A stretch of DNA of 64,000 nucleotides from Macrostomum lignano (Eukaryota): positions 395,048 through 459,047 of the forward strand of contig NIVC01000731.1 of the NCBI GenBank assembly GCA_002269645.1. The letters are read 5' to 3'. Of the stretch, positions 35,896-45,995 are shown one piece after another; the stretch's first letter is position 1; every line of letters starts with the position of its first letter. The notes beneath the pieces are model-generated. The model was not told the DNA's origin, did no database searches, and saw nothing but the letters and a program-made list of their open reading frames with translations. The position numbers and the translations under genes are program-made.

Positions 35896-37799
35896 TCAAA
35901 ACAAATCAGCTTTGCGCTTGAGGTCGCTCCTGCGCCACTCGGGGAGGCGCTGGAAATGGCGCCGTTCCATTCCAAAGACGTGCACGAACTCCTCGTCGGA
36001 GAGGTGCGCCTCCAGCCGCGTCGGATCGGCGCCGCGCGGCGGCTGCTTGGCGCCGGAATGGCGGCGCAGCGCCTCGTAGTCGAACTGGCGCGGCGGAGGC
36101 GGCGCCGGGCGGTGAAGCCGCAGTGGCCCGCCGGTGGCGTGCAGGCCGAGGATGTTGGGGTAGGACAGCAGGTCCTCGTCGTCGGAGGCCGCGAGCAGCT
36201 TGGCGTAGCGGCTCTCCCTGCGGGCGGCGGCGGCCGCGGCGTCGGCTGGGCTCGGGTCCTGCGCCTGCTGGCGGCGGTCGGGCGGCGGCAGGCTGGCCGC
36301 CTTGGAGCGGACGGCCGCAGGCGAGTAGCCGCGATTGCCGACGCTGACGAATCCCTGCGGCGAAGGCACGGGCGGCCGCCTGGATGCCGTCAACTGCGGC
36401 TGCGGGCGCGGCGTCTGCTGAAACTGCTGCTGCATCCGCTGCAGCCGGCTGGCCCTGGACGGTGGCGGCGGCGGCGGGCTGACCGGATCGTCCGGGCCGA
36501 GCAGCAGGGCGGAGCCGAGGCCGCCGAGCTCCAGCCGGCCGGATTCGAACTCGCGCCGGGATCGGCTGCCGTCGCGGAAGCCGCGCCTGGACGAGGCGGC
36601 AGGCTGCTGTTGGGCGGCGGCTGCCTCATCGGCGCTGGCGGCGGCCCCCTCAGCCTCTCGTCGGCGCTGGCGCTGCCGCTCGGCCAGCAGGAGGGCGGGC
36701 AGCGGCGGGCAGGGCCAGTCGTCCCGCTCGATTGGCGCCGGCTTGGCCAGGTCGGGCCGGGAGCCGGCCGGGTAGTGGCTGAGCAGCAGCGGGTCCTCGT
36801 TCGGGTCCAACGACGGCGCCGGGCTGGGCGTCCGCGGCGTCCGGGCCGACCGCCGCCGGCCACGCTGGCTGGGCGGCGCGGCCCGATGGAGCCGGGGTGG
36901 GTGCCGGCGCCGCGCGATGACGAAGCGAGGCTGTGCGCCCGCGACCGGGGCCGGCTGCCGTCCCGGTGCATCGGCAGGTGGAAATGCTGAGGCTGCGGAC
37001 TCGGCGACCTGGTTGAAGAGGCCACGGCGGCGCAGGGGCTGGCGGGCCGGTGGTAGCGGTCGTTGGGGTGCAGCTTGCGCTCGGCCTCCTGCTCCAGGGT
37101 AAGGTAGGACCTGGCCAGCTGGGAGCCCCAGCGCGACCGCCGGCTGCTGGACGCCTCGGACGGGCAGGAAAAGCTGCCGGGGCTGTGGTGGCCGCCGCCC
37201 CTGATGCTGCTGCCATCGGCCAGGTAGTGGTAGTGGTGATAGTGCTGCGGCGGGTAGTGCTGGTGCTGAGGCAGGCTGCGCAGGCCGTGCCCGGTGCTCT
37301 CGGTGGTGTACCCGGTGTCTGTGTTGGCGTCGAAGGCGCCGTTGCCAGTGACGGCGGCGGCGGCGGCGGTGGGCGGGGCGGTGCCCACCCGCAGTCCGCC
37401 GGCCGGGTCGGTGTCGGAGGCGGCCTCGTCCTTGAGGCGCTCCCGGTGGGAGCAGGCCTTGCACAGGTAGAGCTCATTGGACCAGAGGGTGACGCGGTCG
37501 CCGGGGGTGAAGGGGGTTCGGCAGGTCTGGCAGCGGAAGCAGCTGGGGTGGAAGGTGCTGCCAAGCGCGGTGATCACCTCGCCGACAACGTAGCCGGCGC
37601 AGACGCGGCACTTGACGCCGAACAGCCGCTGATAGTCGTCCGGGCAGTAGAACTTGGCGTCCCGGACGAAGAAGCCGCCGCGTTCGAGGCCGGCTGAGCA
37701 CTCGGCACACTTGAAGCAGTCGCGGTGCATGTACTGCTCCTGGACTCGGAGCACCTCGCCTTTGCAGCGCTTCTGGCAGGCCAGGCAGTACACCTTCAT
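35896..37799 (-). CDS. ABLIM: abLIM/UNC-115-like actin-binding LIM protein (2 LIM + anchor + villin headpiece), intronless CDS with one apparent frameshift
   Basis: ORF 36390-37799 has two LIM domains ([15 protein letters not shown]...; [25 protein letters not shown]) and HFHLP. ORF 35896-37464 has [10 protein letters not shown] and a VHP ([16 protein letters not shown]...[13 protein letters not shown]). The frame switch lies between ~36830 and ~36975. Confidence 0.88.
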
Positions 37800-37879
37800 G
37801 GCGCTGGCGGGGGCTCAAGTATGGACTGGCTGGTGCTGGCGTGGCTGGCAGGTGCTGCAGTCGGATGGACACAGCTGCG

Positions 37880-40143
37880 GAGACAAATATAAGTGTAATA
37901 ATCTTAAAAAATAAAACTTGTCAATGACCATAGTTGTTGATAATAAGTCAAACTAAATCCTTTATACCATATATATAATGTTCTATTTTTAGGCCTATTT
38001 GAAGTGACTGCATGACTTTTTTATGAAAAGAAAGAACATTTGACCAGCCAAAACTTACAATTCTAGGCCTTTATACCAGATGCTCATGGGTGTATTGGTG
38101 TTGGAATTTTGCCAAACTGGCTATTGCCAAACAAAATAGAAACCAAATATGCAAATCATTTTAATTTTTAATGAATTTTTATACTTTAAGTACTCAAATT
38201 GGCTTTCTATAGGTGATGAATCCAACTATCTAAATTTTTCTATATGATAGAATTGATAATTTGAATAAAAAACAAATCTAAGACCTTATAAAGGTGTCAA
38301 GGCAGTTATGATTAAAAATCATAAAATACAATTTAAACTTTTATTACAAAAAACTAGTTCTAAAACAAAATTCTATTATACAAATGTATATTCTTTAAGT
38401 AAATATAGTAGATGTACTTCTTATTATACAGATTTATAAACTATTATTTAGGAATAAATTAGGACTTAGGGTTTTTCCATTGAGATTTATAAAACTAGGC
38501 AAACCCTAAAATTCCTATGGTATATAATAATACTAAATAATGATAAATGCAATACATACCATACCTTATTATATACCACACATAGCAAGGTATACACTAT
38601 ATTAAAAAAATTCCAGTGCATATAACCAAAAAAGTATATGCAAAGTGGCATATATGTTGTACAAATGCCTAATAAAAATTGTTAGCATAGTGGTGTATAA
38701 CAAAAGCTGATCAAAAATATTAAGGGTTACAAGAGGTCACCTAAAATGTATAATCTATATTAATATGATCTGCATGAAATATGCATTTAATTAAATACTT
38801 TTTTGCAAGACTTAGGCCTAATTTATGTATTCATATCAATTAGATAATTGTTTCTTAGTAAATTAAATGAATAATTGAAATAAAAACTATTTACTATAAA
38901 TTTTAGTCAATATTTTTTGATAATTTTCAAAATGAGCTCAAATAAAACACAAAGTTTTAAAATTTAAAAGGGCCTATAAAAGCAACAAAAATTGATCTAT
39001 TATTTCAAATTTTGATTTAATCTGAATTTTACTAGATTTTTAGTGCTATTATATATTGGTACTCTACTATGTATACACTTATATGTCAATAAATGAATGT
39101 AAGACTTGGTATACAAATTTGTACTTTAGCCTTGTACCTAGTTCATACCTAAAAATATGTTAAATATATTCCCACACAAATGTTATACCTTCAATATGGG
39201 TTGTATATAAGAATTATCTATGAAATAGCATATGGCTTTAACTTAGGTATAATCTAAAATAGCATGGTTAATGTCTAGTTACAAAACCCAAGGGAGGGGC
39301 AATAGGCAATTGCTCTCTTAGATAAAGACTAGAAAAAAATCAATGGGTCAAGTGAATTTTAGCCAAAATATAAAGCCACCTTCTATACCCTCCCTCCTTA
39401 GGTCTTTAGGCCTACCTTCTAAAATCTGCTGCCTCCCATTGGAAAATTTCTTGTTGTGGTACTGTTAGGGCCTAATGTCTATTAAAAAACAAAAAAAACA
39501 AAAAAATATCCATCTTAAACTATAGTAAAAGTTTATACAATTTCTAATTAATAAATTTTTGGCAAAAAGATGCTTTGGTGAAAATGAATTTTTAGTTAAA
39601 ATAGATGTACATTTCAGCAAAACAAAGTGGCTAGTTTGGCAAAAGGATTGATGACTTATATTATATAATTGCAAATATATATAGTTTTAAAATATATATA
39701 GTTTTAAAATAACTAAGTTTTAAAATAGTTTTAAAATAGTATATATAGTTTTAAAATAAATAATGTTATTTATTTATTAACATTAATTTGCAGTTTGATA
39801 ATTTTAAAACTCATGACTTAGATGGTAGCTAGGCCTATGTTATGCACATGCAATCTATCAATATGCAATGATTGATTAGGGATGCTCTAATGATGACAGT
39901 GTGGTTTTTAAGATATTAGTTATACTTTTCAAATTGTAGGCCTATTTTGAAATTGAAACAGAATGGAATGGCACCTAATAAAACAATTAAATAAAATTGT
40001 CACAGAAAAAAACATGAAAATAAAATTAGTCTTTATAAAGTTAATCATTTTTTTCACTTTTTTCTAAAACAAAAAAACTCTTCACTAAAGCTTGGAACAA
40101 ATCTTTTGCTAAAATGGTTAGCTTTTAGATGAAATGGTCATTT
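37880..40143. other. AT-rich, CpG-free block of decayed transposon-like sequence
   Basis: No CG dinucleotide seen on a line-by-line read between the CG at 37878 and the CG at 40144; remnants of inverted motifs such as TTTGGCAAAA/TTTTGCCAAA. Confidence 0.75.
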
Positions 40144-41570
40144 CGAAAGTATTTATTGCCATTATTAACTTTTGACACAAATTCTTTTGCCAAAGTGGGT
40201 TGAAACCAATAATATTAATACTAAAAAATAGCCCTTTTGACAATTATAAGATTATCAAAGATAATATTATTAAAAAGCTAGGGTCTAATAAATAATAAGG
40301 GTCAGGTCAAAAGATAATTCATAAAAAAATAGGAAAATTCATCAAGCAATGTTAAACGCCTGGGCCATCTGGCCATGTTTTTTTACTTCCAAAGAGTCCA
40401 GTTACAGCCAGAATAGCTTCAAGATAAAGACAATGCCTAAACTAAATAATTAGCAAAATTAGTTCAATGATAGGCCTACCAATTTTAAAGTATCGACTTA
40501 GAGAAACGTTCACATGTCCTTAGTTATTAAATAGCATAGGACAAATTACAAATACAAATCTTGCATTTGGATTTGGTTCAGCTGTTCAGTCAGTGCGACT
40601 GTGCAAAATAGCGGTACAGGCCACGGCACTGGTCAGATTCAGAGAGACAAGAGAGTCAGATGCTGATTTAAATCTTAATCAATTAGTATAAAACAGAAAT
40701 CGAGATGATTAGGCCCAGTATGCGGTATGCGGTACACTTTCTCTGATGTTTAAATCGAGTCCGATCATTACTACTTTGTTATCGTACCGTGGATGATCAA
40801 TCTAGAGCTCGATCATCCCTATAGATAGAAAGCGTTTGTTAAATTTAAAAAAGAAATTGGCTTCAAAGCCAAACTATAACATAATAATAAAGAGTTTCCT
40901 GGCTGAAATCTAAAAAAAGCTTTTGAATGATTCTTCAGTAATTTTAGTAAAAATATTTTTAAAACAAAAAACTTTTCAACTACAAGGCTTGCTTAGGCAT
41001 TATTTAAATTTCTTACTTTCATAGAATCCATCATTCAAGAGAGAAGAAAACTCATGAAGTGTACCCTGTAGTTGTACTTAATATAGTACAGCCCAAAAGT
41101 CTTTTTTACAGTGTAGGCGGAGTGTAAGTGTAAGTGGGTGTGTGGGAGTGTAAGTGGGAACTACATTATGTGCTTTGTCAAACTAGTTTTTTTAAATTAC
41201 AGTGGATATAACTTTCAACTTTAGTTGTACCAGTATACCGGGTAATAAAGCCATAAAGGCCTAACGTTTTATTTCACATTGTGAATTAGCTGCATAATGA
41301 CGATGCCTTGTCATTTTTGCCAGGCAGCTACTTGCATAAAACTTTGGGCATTCTTTCGTTTTACAATCACATAGCACTGTCCCTTTGGGAGTCGGGACGG
41401 GACTTTCGTTACACAATCCCCCATAGAAGACGAAAAGGTTAAGTTAAAATTGCTCTTAAAATCAAACTTTAAAATAGGACCACTTCTAAGCGTATTTTTA
41501 TTGTAGTATCAAATCTTGCATCTTGTAGAAACGCATAGCTTATATTCACTTTTGTCCTACAATTATTTAA

Positions 41571-41967
41571 ACGAAGAGCTTGCGTGCACGGCCGCCGTTC
41601 ACGTAAGCTCAGAATTGTGTGCACGGCAGAGCTATATCTTATAGGCTTATACAGTAAGTCATATACTATTCGAATTAATATTCAAGTTAACAAAAAAAAC
41701 AATGAATTAAGATTACATTTGCAGTCCATGGTGTACGGGGGATAAAACATTATAAAACAATATAGTAAAAATATTTTTTAATTAGGTTTGCCAATGCTAA
41801 TGCGTGGATTTAAGGGCCCCAGTCCCGGCCAATTGCCGGCTGCCGTGCACGCAATTACAACACTAGGTGGACGGCTGCATACATGCAAATAAAGCACTAG
41901 GTAGATAGCCGCCGTGCACGCAATTCTGAGCTTACATGAACGGCTGCCGTGCACGCAAGCTCTTCGT
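41571..41967. mobile_element. 397-bp MITE with 57-bp TIRs and 7-bp TSD (TATTTAA)
   Basis: TIR ACGAAGAGCTTGCGTGCACGGC...GTGCACGGC with 3 mismatches; TATTTAA at 41564-41570 and 41968-41974. Confidence 0.88.
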
Positions 41968-43064
41968 TATTTAAATGGTGAAATTGTATATAGGTGATTG
42001 CAAGACAAAACTGAACTCACTTTCATGCTACAATCACCCTACAATATAAAGGGATAAAGCATATGTCCATTTAACTGGGGGGATTGTAAGACAAAAGTGA
42101 GGGGTGTGGGTACCTAGAATCAGTTTGCAGTTTTTGCAGCTCTTCTTATCATTTCAAAATAAAAGGAAATTGTTGGTATAATCAACATTTCAATTAAACA
42201 AACAATTTCAGCCACACTCCGGATCATGTAGTATATGCCCGAAAATTCGGGTGTGCATTGGCCTTGCATGCCAAAATTAGGCTTGCACAGTTGGCGTGCA
42301 TCACTCCTGAAAAAATAGTATGCGTGCACACCTGGCGTGCACTTTATAGAATCACGCCTAAGAGTTATTTTAAAGTTGAAAAAAGAATTAAAAAGTTCAT
42401 TTTTAAGCGCAAATTTCAAGCTTTCCGGGTTTTTCAAGCTCGTAAAAAAGCAGTTAAACAAATCTTTGCATGTATAAATTTTCTGCTATAAATAATATTG
42501 CCGAAAAAACATAAAAAGTAACTAAATTATCTGGTGATAAGGGTCTATTACGCAATTTAAAAAGGGTATTGTATTGTCACAACATAAAAAAGGTCATTTA
42601 TTATTGCAACACTGGCATTTTTTGAGAATGGGCGTGCACTTACATTTTTTTCGGCGTGCATCTGTAATTATTCAATTTTTGTTCGGGCATGCACCCAGCA
42701 TGATCCGGACTATGGAATTTCAGCCTCTACAATGTTCACAAACCAAAATCTACAAAGCCACCAAAAACTGCAACCCAATTTTAGGCACTCAGTTTTGTCT
42801 TACAATCCCCCTCCCCAGTGCCCAGTTAAATGGACATGTTTTATATTGTGGGGTGATCAAAGACAAAAGTGAGTTCCATTTTGTCTTGTAATCACTTCTA
42901 CATATAATTTTATCATTTAAATGATCATATGACAAAAGTGAATATAAATTATGCACTTCTATAACTATGCTATGCCTACATTTTTATGATTTGCAATGAC
43001 AATTTAAATTGACTTGGAAGTGAGTTTAATGGAAAATAAATGTGAAACGTAATTTTTTGATATA

Positions 43065-43850
43065 GGCTCATTCCATATAAGATGGAGATATTTGGAAAAT
43101 AGAAAAAAGTCAATATTTTTGCTTGCCATTGCCTAATTAGCCTATTTTTTTACCAAATGTTTATATTGTGCAATATATACAATCTAAGAATAAAGGAATG
43201 GTAAAATGTTGGATTAGTATGTTATCAATTGGCAAAAAGTCATTTTTGTAAAAATTTGGACATTTTTCGAAGCAAAAGACATCATTAAGATTTTGTACCT
43301 TTTAAAAACAAATAGAAAGCTTTTAAAGGTTGAAACAAACTATAGATAAAAGTATAGTACTTGCATCATCAGATAAAAGCATTGGTGACCAAATAGTCTA
43401 TTATATTTTTAATGTATTAGTACCTCAAAGTTACTGAATTGACAGAAAAAAATATGTTATGACCATAATGTTACGACCATAAGGCTGCCTTTTCTTTTGT
43501 ATCTTTGTTGCCTTTTGAGTTTATATATTCTAATAAAAGAGTATGATTTCTAAAGATGTTCTTAGTCAAATTTTAAAAATGTATTGCAAAATATCAAAAA
43601 TGAAAAATGTTATAAGACTTTTACCTTTTAGTTTCTATATGTCAAAAATCCTGTCGTTACGACCATAAGTGTCATTTAAGGTTTAATAGCATCTATACTA
43701 ATGATGATATCTATATGAAACTCTATAAATATATTCTAGACAAAATAATCTTTCATTTAAAATATTGGTTTAGTATATTCTATTATTAGATTTCATTTTA
43801 TAAGTAAAAATAACCTGTCATGTTACGACCATGCTTATATGGAATGAGCC
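43065..43850. mobile_element. 786-bp MITE with GGCTCATTCCATATAAG TIRs and TATA (or TA) flanks
   Basis: Perfect 17-bp TIRs, TATA on both sides, internal GTTACGACCAT repeats. Confidence 0.8.
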
Positions 43851-44282
43851 TATACTGGAGTGTCCTGTTGACTCTTTAACAAAGATTGTAATACAAAAGT
43901 GGACCTGCTTGGGGATCGTGGGACGAAAGATTGCCAAACTCTGTTGTTTGAGTTTATAATTTTATTCTTAGATCATTTCAATATAATTGTTTTTCCTATC
44001 TTTTTCTTTTGATTTAAGGTTTCTCATTAAGTCTTAAACCAATTTTTAATTTGGAGCTATGTATTACCAATAATAACTTGAGTATAATAAATAAAGAGTT
44101 TATGAGCAGCAATTATTAATGTTTCCAAAAAAATTTTTCTTATCAATGATTAAACCAATTATATGCATAGGGCCTGGGCCCTAGTTAGGTCAAAGTGCAA
44201 GCATAGACAAAGAGAAAGCCAAGCAAAGCGTTGACTGAGATAAGATGCAGTAGCAGACCCACCACACAAAATGCACAATTAG

Positions 44283-45662
44283 AAATTGCAGTGTCTGAAT
44301 TGCAGTTTTGGTGAGTCATTGATTGCAGTGTCTGAATTGCAGTTTTGGTGAGTCATTGATTGCAGTGTCTGAATTGCAGTTTTGGTGAGTCATTGATTGC
44401 AGTGTCTGAATTGCAGTTTTGGTGAGTCATTGATTGCAGTGTCTGAATTACAGTTTTGGTGAGTCATTGATTGCAGTGTCTGAATTGCAGTTTTGGTGAG
44501 TCATTGATTGCAGTGTCTGAATTGTAGTTTTGGTGAGTCATTGATTGCAGTGTCTGAATTGCAGTTTTGGCGAGTCATTGATTGCAGTGTCTGAATTACA
44601 GTTTTGGTGAGTCATTGATTGCAGTGTCTGAATTGCAGTTTTTGGCGAGTCATTGATTGCAGTGTCTGAATTGCAGTTTTGGTGAGTCATTGATTGCAGT
44701 TTTTGGCGAGTCATTGATTGCAGTGTCTGAATTGCAGTTTTTGGCGAGTTATTGATTGCAGTGTCTGAATTGCAGTTTTTGGCGAGTCATTGATTGCAGT
44801 GTCTGAATTGCAGTTTTGGTGAGTCATTGATTGCAGTGTCTGAATTGCAGTTTTGGTGAGTCATTGATTGCAGTGTCTGAATTGCAGTTTTGGTGAGTCA
44901 TTGATTGCAGTGTCTGAATTGCAGTTTTGGTGAGTCATTGATTGCAGTGTCTGAATTGCAGTTTTGGTGAGTCATTGATTGCAGTGTCTGAATTGCAGTT
45001 TTTGGTAAGTCATTGATTGCAGTGTCTGAATTGCAGTTTTGGTGAGTCATTGATTGCAGTGTCTGAATTGCAGTTTTGGTGAGTCATTGATTGCAGTGTC
45101 TGAATTGCAGTTTTTGGCGAGTCATTGATTGCAGTGTCTGAATTGCAGTTTTTGGTGAGTCATTGATTGCAGTGTCTGAATTGCAGTTTTTGGCGAGTCA
45201 TTGATTGCAGTGTCTGAATTACAGTTTTGGTGAGTCATTGATTGCAGTGTCTGAATTGCAGTTTTTGGTAAGTCATTGATTGCAGTGTCTGAATTGCAGT
45301 TTTTGGTGAGTCATTGATTGCAGTGTCTGAATTGCAGTTTTGGTGAGTCATTGATTGCAGTGTCTGAATTGCAGTTTTTGGCGAGTCATTGATTGCAGTG
45401 TCTGAATTACAGTTTTGGTGAGTCATTGATTGCAGTGTCTGAATTGCAGTTTTTGGTGAGTCATTGATTGCAGTGTCTGAATTGCAGTTTTGGTGAGTCA
45501 TTGATTGCAGTGTCTGAATTGCAGTTTTTGGCGAGTCATTGATTTCAGTGTCTGAATTGCAGTTTTTGGCGAGTCATTGATTGCAGTGTCTGAATTACAG
45601 TTTTGGTGAGTCATTGATTGCAGTGTCTGAATTGCAGTTTTTGGCGAGTCATTGATTGCAGT
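44283..45662 (+). repeat. 37-38-bp minisatellite carrying TGAGTCA, just upstream of APEX2
   Basis: Unit TTGCAGTGTCTGAATTGCAGTTTTGGTGAGTCATTGA, ~36 copies. Confidence 0.97.
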
Positions 45663-45995
45663 TAACTGAAATCGCGTTGACTCTGCTGTAAGCAATTTCA
45701 GCTCAAAAAACGACTTTGTTTAAGTTTTGCAATTTGTCTCTTTGATTTCATGTCTGATTCTTGAGTCCAAGCACATTCCACAGCTTGCATCAAACGAACA
45801 GTTTTTAGCAAGTGCAGTTGACAAAAGAAGATTTGAATCTGGTGCAAACGCATGAACAGTTTCACTAGGTTACTCGGGGCAGGATCTGTCTGTCTATTTC
45901 AATGCCAGGCAGTTTTTTTACCTGTGCACTATACAGCGGGCCTGTCATTGGCTGCGGGTTTCTCACACTCAACCCCCGCCCTGCCTCCCTCAGCC

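Larger units (their letters stand above)
41395..43930. mobile_element. Foldback-like element with long imperfect inverted arms, hosting two nested MITEs
   Basis: Left arm (41395-42140, MITE removed) matches the reverse complement of the right arm (42740-43020 and 43905-43930), e.g. TTATATTCACTTTTGTC / GACAAAAGTGAATATAA and CTTTCGTTACACAATCCCC / GGGGATCGTGGGACGAAAG. Inner inverted TCCGGATCATG / CATGATCCGGA. Confidence 0.65.

Noticed and set aside
35797-36990. Long opposite-strand ORFs (35797-36990, 7744-8865, 62932-63777, 59467-59910)
   Set aside because: Antisense shadows of GC-rich coding sequence; no independent motifs.
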